A DNA stretch of 64,000 nt from Gemmatimonadales bacterium (lineage in GTDB: Bacteria; Gemmatimonadota; Glassbacteria; GWA2-58-10): assembly GCA_024278175.1 (NCBI GenBank), contig JAJRTS010000085.1, positions 59,844 through 123,843 on the forward strand, in the 5' to 3' direction. The notes below the pieces were generated by a model that was not told where the DNA came from, made no database searches, and worked only from the letters and a program-made list of their open reading frames with translations. The position numbers and the translations under genes were made by a program. Below are positions 29,304 through 38,417 of this stretch, in pieces (position 1 is the stretch's first letter; each line of letters opens with the position of its first letter).

Positions 29304-30603
29304 AGTCAAGCTCATCAAGCGCTTTATCGAGACAGAGAATGGCCACCGGCTGCGGGAGTTCGAGTCCGCCGGCGGCTACGGCTCGTTGCGCAAGATCATC
29401 GGCGAGGGCTGGGACGCTCAGCAGGTTATCGACATCCTCAAGGCCAGCAACCTGCGCGGCCTGGGCGGCGCGGGCTTCCCCACCGGCCTGAAGTGGAGCT
29501 TCGTCCCCAAGGACATAGAGGGTCCCAAGTACCTGGTGGTCAACGCAGACGAGAGCGAGCCGGGCACGTTCAAGGACAGGCACATCATCAGCGGCGCGCC
29601 GCACCTGCTGATCGAGGGCGCTGTTATCGCCGCGTTCTGTATCGAGGCCGAGGACATCTATATCTACATCCGCGGCGAATATTACGAGCCGGCCCGGATC
29701 ATGGAGCAGGCAATTGAAGAGGCGGCCGAGGCAGGCTATATCGGCGAGGACTTTCTCGGCTCGGGCCACACCGTGCGCGTCCACCTTCACCGTGGCGCCG
29801 GCGCTTATATCTGCGGCGAGGAAACCGCCCTGCTCTCCAGCCTGGAGGGCGGCAAGGGCTGGCCCAAGCTCAAACCGCCGTTTCCGGCGATCAAGGGCCT
29901 GTTCGGCAAACCCACGATTGTGAACAACGTGGAAACGCTCTCCCAGGTGCCGATCATCCTGGACAAGGGGGCGGAGTATTTCGCCTCGCTGGGAATCGAG
30001 CGCAACGGCGGAACAAGGCTGTTCGGCGTAAGCGGGCACGTCAAGCGGACCGGCATCTACGAGCTGCCGCTCGGCACGCCGATGAAAGAACTGATCTACG
30101 AGCATTGCGGCGGCATCCGCAACGACCGCAAGCTCAAGGCGGTCATTCCCGGTGGCAGCAGTTGCCCCGTGCTCACCGCCGAGCAAGCCGCCAGCATCAA
30201 CATGGATTTTGACAGTCTGGCCGGGATCGGCAGTATGCTTGGCAGCGGCGGGTTGATCGTGATGGACGAGACCACCGACCTGGTGCAGATTTTATGGCGG
30301 ATCTGCCGCTTTTATGCATTCGAGTCCTGCGGCCAGTGTACGCCCTGCCGCGAGGGAACCGGCTGGATGACCCGGATCATGGAACGGATCGCAAAGGGCG
30401 AGGGGACAGTGCAGGATATCGACGACCTGAAGGAAGTGGCCGAGCAGATCATGGGCAACACCGTCTGCCCGCTGGGTGATGCCGCCGCGCTGCCCGTGGT
30501 CAGTTTCCTGAGCAAGTTCCGCGCTGATTTCGAGGCGCAGGTGGGGCCGCGCCGGGTGCATGCCGGGGCCGTGGTTACCCAGGCCGAAGCGGAGGAGAAT
30601 TGA
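29296..30603 (+). CDS. nuoF: NADH-quinone oxidoreductase subunit F
   Basis: 'LRGLGGAGFPTG', 'NADESEPGT', 'YICGEET', 'ESCGQCTPCREG'. Confidence 0.97.
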   Translation: MPEVKLIKRFIETENGHRLREFESAGGYGSLRKIIGEGWDAQQVIDILKASNLRGLGGAGFPTGLKWSFVPKDIEGPKYLVVNADESEPGTFKDRHIISGAPHLLIEGAVIAAFCIEAEDIYIYIRGEYYEPARIMEQAIEEAAEAGYIGEDFLGSGHTVRVHLHRGAGAYICGEETALLSSLEGGKGWPKLKPPFPAIKGLFGKPTIVNNVETLSQVPIILDKGAEYFASLGIERNGGTRLFGVSGHVKRTGIYELPLGTPMKELIYEHCGGIRNDRKLKAVIPGGSSCPVLTAEQAASINMDFDSLAGIGSMLGSGGLIVMDETTDLVQILWRICRFYAFESCGQCTPCREGTGWMTRIMERIAKGEGTVQDIDDLKEVAEQIMGNTVCPLGDAAALPVVSFLSKFRADFEAQVGPRRVHAGAVVTQAEAEEN

Positions 30604-32237
30604 GCGAAGAGCGGAAAATGGTAAAAGTTACTATCGACGGGAACCAGTATGAAGTCCCCGCCGGTACGACCATCCTCGAAGCCGCTAAAAGCGTGGGGAT
30701 CGAGATCCCCCACTACTGCTACCATCCGGGCCTGTCGATTGCCGGGGCGTGCAGGATGTGCCTGATCGAAGTCGAGAAAGTGCCCAAGCTCCAGATCGCC
30801 TGCTACATGACCGTGGGCGATGAGATGGTCATTTATACAACTAACGAGCGGGTCAAGCGGGCGCGCAAGGCGATGCTGGAGTTCCATCTGGTTAACCACC
30901 CGCTGGACTGCCCTGTCTGCGACCAGGCCGGTGAGTGCGGCCTGCAGAACTACTATATGCTGCACGGGCTCTACATCTCCCGCGTGCGCGAGAACAAGGT
31001 AAAAAAGGGCAAGAAGGCCACGCAGATCGGCCCGCACGTGATGCTGGACCAGGAGCGCTGCATCCTCTGCAGCCGTTGCGTCCGCTTCTGCAACGAAATT
31101 CCCAAGACCAGCGAACTGGGCATGTTCAACCGCGGCGACCGCGAGGTTGTCGACATTTTCCCCGGCCGTGAGTTGAACAATCCCTACTCCGCCAACGTGA
31201 TCAACCTCTGCCCCGTGGGCGCGCTGCTGAGCAAGGAGTTTCGCTTCAAGACCCGTGTCTGGTATCTTGAGACGGTAAAATCCGTCTGCATGCGCTGCTC
31301 CAGAGCCTGCAATATTCTGATCGACTACAATATCAGACGGCCGTGGAAAAACGATGGCCGCCGCCTCAGCCGCCTTCGCCCGCGCTACAATGCTCAGGTC
31401 AACGACTGGTGGATCTGCGACGAGGGCCGGTTCGGATTCGATTTCGTGGACGCCGCCGACAGGCTCACCGTCCCGCTTTCAGCCGCCGGGGGCGCGCAGG
31501 CCCATTCCGGCTGGGAGGCGGCGCTGGAAACCGCGGCGGCAAGGCTCAGGCAGGCAGCCAGCGAGATCGGCGACGTGGCCGTGCTGGTAAGTCCCCGGCT
31601 GGCCAACGAGGCACTCTACCTGCTCAAGCGTGTGCTGGCCGAGCAACTACCGGGCACTTCTGTCGCGTTCAGCAGCCTCAACGAACACGAGCCTACCCAG
31701 GACGATATTCTGCGCAAGGCGGACAAGAACCCCAATACCACCGGCGCCGAGTTCCTGAGTCTGACCACGGCCAACGCCGAGGTGAAAGACCATGCGTACC
31801 TGCTGCAGACCGCGAAGAAAGGCAATCTGAGCGCTCTGATCGTTATCGCCCACAACCCGGTGGGACTGCCCGAGCTCTACGGCCGGGGCTGGAGCGAGGC
31901 GCTGGACAAGGTGCCGTTCAAGGTCTTTATCGGCACCAACGAAAATGAAACCAGCCGCAAGGCCGACGTGGTCCTGCCGCTGGCGGCTTTTGCCGAGTAC
32001 GATGGCACTGTGACCAATTTCGCGGGCAGGGTCCAGTTACTTCGCCGCGCTTTCGACCCGCTGGGCGAGGCGCTTGCCGGTTGGGAGCTGCTCCGTCGGC
32101 TGGGTAACGCGCTTGGCGGTGAGTATGATTTCGGCTCAGCCGGAGAAGTGTTCGACGAGCTGGCGCAGAAAGAAGACAAGTTCGCCGGTCTGAGCTACGG
32201 AGATATCGGCGAGTTGGGCGTTAAGGTAAACGGTTAG
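30600..32237 (+). CDS. nuoG: NADH-quinone oxidoreductase subunit G (short form)
   Basis: 'CYHPGL...CRMC', 'HPLDCPVCDQAGEC', 'CILCSRC', 'CPVGAL', 'CMRCSRAC'. Confidence 0.92.
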   Translation: MSEERKMVKVTIDGNQYEVPAGTTILEAAKSVGIEIPHYCYHPGLSIAGACRMCLIEVEKVPKLQIACYMTVGDEMVIYTTNERVKRARKAMLEFHLVNHPLDCPVCDQAGECGLQNYYMLHGLYISRVRENKVKKGKKATQIGPHVMLDQERCILCSRCVRFCNEIPKTSELGMFNRGDREVVDIFPGRELNNPYSANVINLCPVGALLSKEFRFKTRVWYLETVKSVCMRCSRACNILIDYNIRRPWKNDGRRLSRLRPRYNAQVNDWWICDEGRFGFDFVDAADRLTVPLSAAGGAQAHSGWEAALETAAARLRQAASEIGDVAVLVSPRLANEALYLLKRVLAEQLPGTSVAFSSLNEHEPTQDDILRKADKNPNTTGAEFLSLTTANAEVKDHAYLLQTAKKGNLSALIVIAHNPVGLPELYGRGWSEALDKVPFKVFIGTNENETSRKADVVLPLAAFAEYDGTVTNFAGRVQLLRRAFDPLGEALAGWELLRRLGNALGGEYDFGSAGEVFDELAQKEDKFAGLSYGDIGELGVKVNG

Positions 32238-32256
32238 GTTACTTCCTGCTTTACAG

Positions 32257-33354
32257 GTGGAACGAAATATGTGGATTGAACTGCTGACAAAAGTTTTGAT
32301 CGCCGGAGCGGTGCTGACCGGCATCCTGTCGTTCGGCGGCGTGCTGACCTGGGTGGAGCGCAAGCAGAGCGCGCTGATGCAGGACCGGATCGGGGCCAAC
32401 CGGGCCAGCATTCTGGGGTTCCGCCTGCTGGGCCTGTTCCATATCATGACCGATGGGATAAAGATGTTCGCCAAGGAGGAGTTCATCCCGCGCACGGACC
32501 ACCGGGTGCTGTTCCTGCTCGCGCCGTTCATTGCCTGGTTGTTCTCGCTGGCTGCTTTTGCAGTGATCCCGTTCTCCCCTGAGTTGACCGTTGCAGGCTA
32601 TCAGGTCACGCTCCAGGTGGCCAATCCGGAGATCGGCTTGCTGGTGGCGTTTGCGATGATGGGGATGGCAATCTACGGCGTGGTGCTCGGCGGCTGGGCC
32701 TCGAACAACAACTACGCGCTGCTGGGTTCGATGAGAGCCACGGCGCAGATGATATCCTACGAGGTGGCGCTGGCGGCGGCCGCGGTGGGGCCGTTGCTGA
32801 TCTACCGGACGCTCAACATGCAGGAAATCGTTATCCGGCAGGGCCAGCTCTATAACGGCTGGCTGCCGCTGTGGGGTATCGTGCTTCAGCCGCTGGCGTT
32901 CCTGCTGTTTCTGGTGGCTGGCGCCGCCGAGACCAAGCGCGTCCCGTTCGACCTTCCCGAGGGCGAGAGCGAGATTATCGGCTTCAACCTGGAATACAGC
33001 AGCATGCGGTTCGGCGCGTTCATGTTCACCGACTTTATCGAAAAAATCCTGGTCGCCTGTCTGACGACCACCATTTTTCTGGGCGGCTGGCAGGTGCCGT
33101 GGCTGGCCGATGACGGGTTCCGCCTCGGCGGCGCGCTGGCCTTGGAACTGGGCCCGATGGTGGTCTGGCTGCTGCGGCTTGCGGCTTTCGGAATCAAGGT
33201 CTGCGCGTTGATCTACGTGCTGATGCTGGTGCGCTGGACCCTGCCGCGTTTCCGTTATGACCAGTTGATGAGTTTCGGCTGGAAGTTCCTGCTGCCGCTC
33301 GCGTTCCTGAACATCATCGTAACCGCGGCGGTTGTGCTGGTGTTAAACCTCTAG
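32257..33354 (+). CDS. nuoH: NADH-quinone oxidoreductase subunit H
   Basis: 'ERK..A.MQDRIG', 'QMISYE', 'PFDLPEGESE', 'LPRFRYDQLM'. Confidence 0.96.
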   Translation: MERNMWIELLTKVLIAGAVLTGILSFGGVLTWVERKQSALMQDRIGANRASILGFRLLGLFHIMTDGIKMFAKEEFIPRTDHRVLFLLAPFIAWLFSLAAFAVIPFSPELTVAGYQVTLQVANPEIGLLVAFAMMGMAIYGVVLGGWASNNNYALLGSMRATAQMISYEVALAAAAVGPLLIYRTLNMQEIVIRQGQLYNGWLPLWGIVLQPLAFLLFLVAGAAETKRVPFDLPEGESEIIGFNLEYSSMRFGAFMFTDFIEKILVACLTTTIFLGGWQVPWLADDGFRLGGALALELGPMVVWLLRLAAFGIKVCALIYVLMLVRWTLPRFRYDQLMSFGWKFLLPLAFLNIIVTAAVVLVLNL

Positions 33355-33461
33355 GAGCATGTTAAAGTCTCCATGGGAACTAAGTTTCTCATGGCTCGGC
33401 CAAAGGCAGGTTTACATGCCTTTGACAACGAAAGAAACAATAAAAATTCCCGAGGATTGCA

Positions 33462-34034
33462 GTGGCTATCACGGTCAAGAAAATAGACGCAAGCCCGAAG
33501 ATGAACCTGCTGGAGCGGACCTATCTCCGGGAGATTCTCCGGGGGTTGTGGATCACCAACCGTCATTTCGTGGTCAACCTGACCCGTCACATCCTGAACC
33601 TGTTCAGGATAAAAGCCAAACCCGGCGCGGTGACTATCCAGTATCCAGAGCAGCACCGGGGCTACCACAAGCGCCTGCGCACGGCCCACTACCTAGCTCA
33701 TCGCGAGAACGACGACGGCCCGCGTTGCGTGGGCTGCATGATGTGCGAGACGATCTGCCCGGCCAAATGTATCTATATCGTGCCCACCGAGCACCCCGAC
33801 CCCAACGTGGAAAAGCAGGCGGTTAAATTCACGATCGACATGGGCAGGTGCGTGTACTGCGGGTTCTGCGTTGAAGCCTGCCCGGAGGACGCGATCCGGA
33901 TGGACAGCGGCCGGCTGGATATCTGCTCATATTCCCGCGAAGGCATGCTCTGGGACATGGACCGCCTGCTGGCCAACCATCACGACCCGGCCCCCTACAA
34001 AGACGAAGAAAAATGGCTGGACGAGGAGTTCTGA
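33462..34034 (+). CDS. nuoI: NADH-quinone oxidoreductase subunit I
   Basis: 'TIQYPE', 'CVGCMMCETICP', 'CVYCGFCVEACP'; GTG start. Confidence 0.94.
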   Translation: MAITVKKIDASPKMNLLERTYLREILRGLWITNRHFVVNLTRHILNLFRIKAKPGAVTIQYPEQHRGYHKRLRTAHYLAHRENDDGPRCVGCMMCETICPAKCIYIVPTEHPDPNVEKQAVKFTIDMGRCVYCGFCVEACPEDAIRMDSGRLDICSYSREGMLWDMDRLLANHHDPAPYKDEEKWLDEEF

Positions 34035-34067
34035 GCAGGAGGCTTATTTTATAAAGATTGATTTCAC

Positions 34068-34092
34068 AGGCGGTTCCCGGACCGCTTTTTTT
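34068..34092 (+). terminator. intrinsic terminator ending the nuoA-I transcript
   Basis: gcggt-tcccgg-accgc stem followed by seven T. Confidence 0.7.
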
Positions 34093-34122
34093 ATTAACAA
34101 AACCTTGCGAAGAGTTGTCACC

Positions 34123-34452
34123 GTGCTAAAAACCAAAGAGCAGTCCGTAGTCCAGGATTTGGGCGAGGGAGTCACCCGCCGGCTGCTGATCCACGGCGGA
34201 GCGCTGATGGCCGTGGAGTTCAGTTTCGAGGCCGGAGCGGAGGGCAAGCCCCACAGCCACCCCCACGAGCAGGTGGGCGTATTTTGCTCAGGCCGGTTCG
34301 AGGTCACGATTGACGGAGTTGGCAAAACAGCCGGGCCGGGCGACAGCTACTACGTGGCCCCCAACGTGGTCCACGGGGTCAAGTGCCTTCAGGCCGGGGC
34401 CATCCTGGACGTATTCACTCCGGTCCGCGAAGATTTTTTGCCGGATCAGTGA
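34123..34452 (+). CDS. cupin domain protein (KdgF-like)
   Basis: 'PHSHPHEQ', 'GDSYYVAPNVVHGV', 'DVFTPVREDF'. Confidence 0.85.
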   Translation: MLKTKEQSVVQDLGEGVTRRLLIHGGALMAVEFSFEAGAEGKPHSHPHEQVGVFCSGRFEVTIDGVGKTAGPGDSYYVAPNVVHGVKCLQAGAILDVFTPVREDFLPDQ

Positions 34453-34476
34453 GCATTTACTACTGGAATGGATAGT

Positions 34477-34508
34477 AAAAAAGGCCGCCCCACACCGGAG
34501 CGGCCCTT
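34477..34508 (-). terminator. intrinsic terminator of the PPi-PFK operon
   Basis: ggccgc/gcggcc stem with an A-run on the + strand (T-run on the - strand). Confidence 0.6.
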
Positions 34509-34536
34509 AAAACACTCGGTTTTGTCGGCAAAATTA

Positions 34537-35748
34537 CTACTTGACCGGTTTGTAGGCCAGATCGGCAAACTCGGGTAATTTGCCCACCAGCGGGCGGAGG
34601 TAGTCGATAAACTTATCAGTTACCCACATCCCCGACTCGTCGATATACTCATCGGGCATGGGCTTGGCCCGCACCGCCACGTCCTTAAGCTCGGCGGTGC
34701 CCAGCTCCGTACGGTAGTGGCCGTGCCCGTCGCTGCCGCGCACGATAGAAACCATCAGGCCGTCCCTGCCCTCTTCGGCCAGTTCCACGGCCCGCAGGCC
34801 GCAGGCGTAGGCCTCGGCTACATCCAGCGCGCTGGCGCGGTCGGAGGCACACATCTGCAGGCTCTCGACCACCTGGAACTCACCGCGCCAGCTTTCGTAG
34901 CGCCCGGCGATCATCTTGTGGAGCATCATCGCCGCACTGGTGCCGCCCATGGCGCCGAACTCCACGTTACCGAACTTGTCGGCGGTCTGGCTGGCGGAGA
35001 TCGGGGTGCCGTCGGCGTAGCTCACGCCCTCGCCCACCGAGATGGAGCAGAAGCCGTACTTGCCCTGCACCTCGCCCACCTTGTCCAGGAATTTCCCCTT
35101 GTCGAACGCGCGCTCCGGGATCAGCAGAATGTGCGGCGGATCGGCTTCATCTTTCTTGGCGGCCACAGCGGCTGCGGCCAGCCAACCTGCGTCGCGGCCC
35201 ACGGCCTGGTAGACCGAGTACTGGTCCACTTTCTGCATGTCGCGGGCCAGCCGTCCCCCCTGCTGGACCGAGAGCGCCACGTAGCGCGCCGCGCTGCCGT
35301 AACCGGGCGTGTGGTCGGTGCCGAACAGGTCGTTGTCCACTGTTTTCGGCACACCGATCCCGTTTAGCTCGTAGCCCTCGCCGCGACAGTAGGCCGCCAC
35401 GCGGTTGATCGTATCCATCGAGTCGTTTCCGCCGATCATGAAGAAATAGCGGATGTCGTACTTCTTGAGCACTGCCAGAATTTTGGGAAAATCCTCGTCC
35501 TGCAGCTTGTGACGGCTGGAGCCCAGCGCGCTCGACGGCGTGCTTTTGAGCAGGGCCACCTGACGGGGGTCCTCGGCCTTGAGGTCCACCAGCATCTCCT
35601 GCATGAAACCCTCGATCCCCCAGCGCATGCCGTACACGCCGGTGATCGCCCCGCTACGGATCGCGCCCTCGATAACACCCGCCAGGCTGGCGTTGATCAC
35701 CGAGGTCGGCCCGCCGGACTGTCCGACTACCGCGTTTCCTGTTTGCAT
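34537..35748 (-). CDS. pfp: pyrophosphate-dependent phosphofructokinase family sugar-phosphate kinase
   Basis: 'QSGGPT.VIN', PPi-type 'GGNDS' and 'PKTVDND', 'DHTPGYGSAA'. Confidence 0.88.
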   Translation of the reverse strand: MQTGNAVVGQSGGPTSVINASLAGVIEGAIRSGAITGVYGMRWGIEGFMQEMLVDLKAEDPRQVALLKSTPSSALGSSRHKLQDEDFPKILAVLKKYDIRYFFMIGGNDSMDTINRVAAYCRGEGYELNGIGVPKTVDNDLFGTDHTPGYGSAARYVALSVQQGGRLARDMQKVDQYSVYQAVGRDAGWLAAAAVAAKKDEADPPHILLIPERAFDKGKFLDKVGEVQGKYGFCSISVGEGVSYADGTPISASQTADKFGNVEFGAMGGTSAAMMLHKMIAGRYESWRGEFQVVESLQMCASDRASALDVAEAYACGLRAVELAEEGRDGLMVSIVRGSDGHGHYRTELGTAELKDVAVRAKPMPDEYIDESGMWVTDKFIDYLRPLVGKLPEFADLAYKPVK

Positions 35749-35801
35749 CGTTGAACTCCGTATGGTTCTATTGATGAACTGCTTGCTATATTCACAATCA
35801 C

Positions 35802-35863
35802 GGGCGAACACAAGGTTCGCCCCTACGAGATTTCCCGGCGGGCGACGCAGGCGTCGCCCCTAC
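35802..35863 (-). repeat. two tandem GTAG-type REP palindromes
   Basis: Reverse complements GTAGGGGCGAACCTTGTGTTCGCCC (35802-35826) and GTAGGGGCGACGCCTGCGTCGCCC (35840-35863). Confidence 0.8.
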
Positions 35864-35912
35864 AAATAACCGGATTCAATTCAAAACAATAATGCTATCC
35901 ATCCAACACAGA

Positions 35913-37139
35913 TCAGCCGGCGACAACTTTCAGGCTGCCGTCGGCGCGGAAGGCCGGGTGGTCGTAGATTTTCACACCCTGGACCACGCGGGAGATCACG
36001 CCCGACTCGGACGGACTGTCGGGCTTGAGGCCGTAGTACAAAGATTTGAACACGCCCAGGGTCTGACCCAGGACCACGTAGGCCGGGCTCTGGTAGTCGT
36101 CGGGAAGGTCGCAGCCGTGCTCGATCACCACATCGGCAGCCGCCCTGGTATCAGCGTCGGCCTGCTTACAGAGGGCCACCTTCACCAGGCCGATACCCTT
36201 TTTCTTCACACCGTTCATCAGGTCGAGCTCGTAGCGATGGACCAGCGGGTCCTCGCTCATCAGGAACACCACCAGCGTATCATCGTGGATAACCGCCTCG
36301 GGTCCGTGACGCAGGCCCAGGAAGGTGTCGAACTTACCAACCACCTTGCCGTCGGTCTCTTCCTGAAGTTTGAGGTGGCATTCCTTGGCGCAACCGTAGA
36401 GCGTGTTGGAGCCCAGAAACACGACCCGCTTGAAATCGGCCTGACAGACATCGGCCAGCGCGCCGGAGTAATCGGCCATGATCTTCTCTGCCGCCCCGGC
36501 CATCTGATCGACAACACCGGCGAACGCGGCGGTATCGCCCAGCGATGCCAGGTACTGTCCGGCCACCACCATGGAGCTGAACGAGCTGGTCATCGCCAGC
36601 GACTTGTCGTTGGTCTTCTCCGGCAGCAGGACAATCAGACTGCGGTCCTGTTTCTCGCGGCCCATCACGGCCAGCTTGCCGTCCTTGTTGCAGGTGATCA
36701 CGATATGCTTGATATCGGCCTTGCTCTGCTCACCCAGCACGAACGTACCCACGCTCTCCGGGCTGTTGCCGGAGCGCGCAAAGTGAACCAGAAAATACTT
36801 TTTGCCTGCCAGAAAAGTGGCGTCCGGGTCGGTGATAATCTCGGTGGTGCCCACCGCGCGGGCTTCGTAGCCGCTGTTCTTGTTGAACAGGTTCTCCAGG
36901 CACATACCGATAAAAGCGCTGGTACCGGCACCGGTGAGCAGAAACTTGCGGTCGGTTTCGCCACCGAGGAATTTTGTGATTTCATCTTTTTGCGATTCAA
37001 GGATTGCGAGGGTCTGGCGCCACATCTCCGGCTGCTGGTAGATTTCAGCGGGCGTGTACCGGGTACCCTTCTGCTGCTGCTCCTCAGCGGAGGCCTGGAT
37101 CAGTTCAAGCAAAGCGTCCGGCATTTTTAAATCCTCCAT
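35913..37139 (-). CDS. agaS: AgaS-type double-SIS sugar-phosphate deaminase/isomerase
   Basis: 'TPAEIYQQP', 'TGAGTS', 'FARSGNSPES', 'AMTSSF', 'LKLQE', 'GLRHGP', 'PDSPS..G.ISRVVQGVKIY'. Confidence 0.85.
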   Translation of the reverse strand: MEDLKMPDALLELIQASAEEQQQKGTRYTPAEIYQQPEMWRQTLAILESQKDEITKFLGGETDRKFLLTGAGTSAFIGMCLENLFNKNSGYEARAVGTTEIITDPDATFLAGKKYFLVHFARSGNSPESVGTFVLGEQSKADIKHIVITCNKDGKLAVMGREKQDRSLIVLLPEKTNDKSLAMTSSFSSMVVAGQYLASLGDTAAFAGVVDQMAGAAEKIMADYSGALADVCQADFKRVVFLGSNTLYGCAKECHLKLQEETDGKVVGKFDTFLGLRHGPEAVIHDDTLVVFLMSEDPLVHRYELDLMNGVKKKGIGLVKVALCKQADADTRAAADVVIEHGCDLPDDYQSPAYVVLGQTLGVFKSLYYGLKPDSPSESGVISRVVQGVKIYDHPAFRADGSLKVVAG

Positions 37140-37199
37140 CGGTAACTGTTCTGTACGATTTGGATAAAGAATTAATACACTTCCCCGCCGCTTTGCACC

Positions 37200-38357
37200 T
37201 TACGCGCCGACGGCGAGGCGGTGCGCCTCGGCCATCGCGAGTGCGAAATCACGCACGTCGAGCGGGTTGAACGACGGGATCCCCTCGTCGTTGGCGATCT
37301 GCTCCGCCTGTGAGCCTTTCTGGGCGGCCATCAGGGTTTTATCCAGCGTCTTGGGAATATCGCTGCGCTTATCGCCGATAATGATCGAGAGAAAATCATC
37401 GTTGCCGAACGCATCGCGGCCAAAAGCCCGCAGTCCGGAGTCCTTGCCGTAGTTGCCTTTCTCCACCGCCGGAGCGATCAGGTCGACACCGAAATCCTCG
37501 TAGATCAGCGCCTTGCGCCCGCAGCGTTTCTCGAACACCGGGGCGACCTGCTTGAGCTTCTCGAAATCGAAACCCGGCGCGTCCTGATCGTCGATCCAGA
37601 TGCTGAACTTGCCGCCCTCGCGCTCCACGCGCACCGAGATCAGTGGGTGCTCCTTGACCAGCGCCTGGTAAACACCCCTCATGTTGGGCACGCCCTCGCC
37701 GAAAATTATTTTGCCGTCAACTAACTCCGCCTCACTGCCGTTCTCAACCATAGCCCGGCAGAGCTGTTCCATGCCGGGGCGGCGTCCCTTGACCAGCGGG
37801 TGCTCCAGCACGTTGCCGTTAACGTCGCCCTCAATATAGGTGGCTCCCGCCCCCGTGCTGAAATTGCCCTGGAGGGCCACTTTAACGCCGGTTTCGGCAG
37901 CCGCGGAGAGCACGTCGCGCACAAACGTAAACGCCTCTTGCTCGTTGTAGGGATAGAGGTAATTGAACTTGCCCCCGCGCTCGAACACCATGCCGTACTC
38001 GCCCACCGTACCCAGGGCATCGATCTTGAGCCGGTGTTCCTTGAAGAACTCCATCGAGTTCAGGTCCCAGCCGGTGCAGAGCGTGACCTCGATGTCCGGC
38101 TGACCGATCAGATAGCTGATCGCCTCGGCGGCGCCGGGGTACGGGGTCAGCTCGCTGTCGTCGCAATCGACAATGGGGCCGTTCACATCCAGTCCGCAGA
38201 CAATCTGCCCGGCCAGGTTACGGTTGTGTTTCTCGCCAACCGCCAGAATGTCGGCGATCAACCGTTTCAGCTTGTCCTTATCCAGCTTCAGCTTGTCCGC
38301 CATCCGCACCGCCGGAGCGGAAAGCTCAATATTCGTCGCCGCCATATTTACCAACAC
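37200..38357 (-). CDS. divergent HAD-superfamily (IIB-like) hydrolase
   Basis: Motif I 'LDVNGP', motif II 'CTGW', 'GEYG', motif III 'GKDSG', motif IV 'GDKRSD'; exact start uncertain. Confidence 0.6.
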   Translation of the reverse strand: MLVNMAATNIELSAPAVRMADKLKLDKDKLKRLIADILAVGEKHNRNLAGQIVCGLDVNGPIVDCDDSELTPYPGAAEAISYLIGQPDIEVTLCTGWDLNSMEFFKEHRLKIDALGTVGEYGMVFERGGKFNYLYPYNEQEAFTFVRDVLSAAAETGVKVALQGNFSTGAGATYIEGDVNGNVLEHPLVKGRRPGMEQLCRAMVENGSEAELVDGKIIFGEGVPNMRGVYQALVKEHPLISVRVEREGGKFSIWIDDQDAPGFDFEKLKQVAPVFEKRCGRKALIYEDFGVDLIAPAVEKGNYGKDSGLRAFGRDAFGNDDFLSIIIGDKRSDIPKTLDKTLMAAQKGSQAEQIANDEGIPSFNPLDVRDFALAMAEAHRLAVGA

Positions 38358-38417
38358 CTCCGCTTCAGATCATTATGATTTAAATCAAAAGTACTGCATC
38401 CGCTGAAAAGCCCTACT

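Noticed and set aside
33359..33826. Track ORF overlapping nuoI, and a possible IS end in the nuoH-nuoI spacer
   Set aside because: The ORF is an alternate frame of nuoI; no matching second inverted repeat was found
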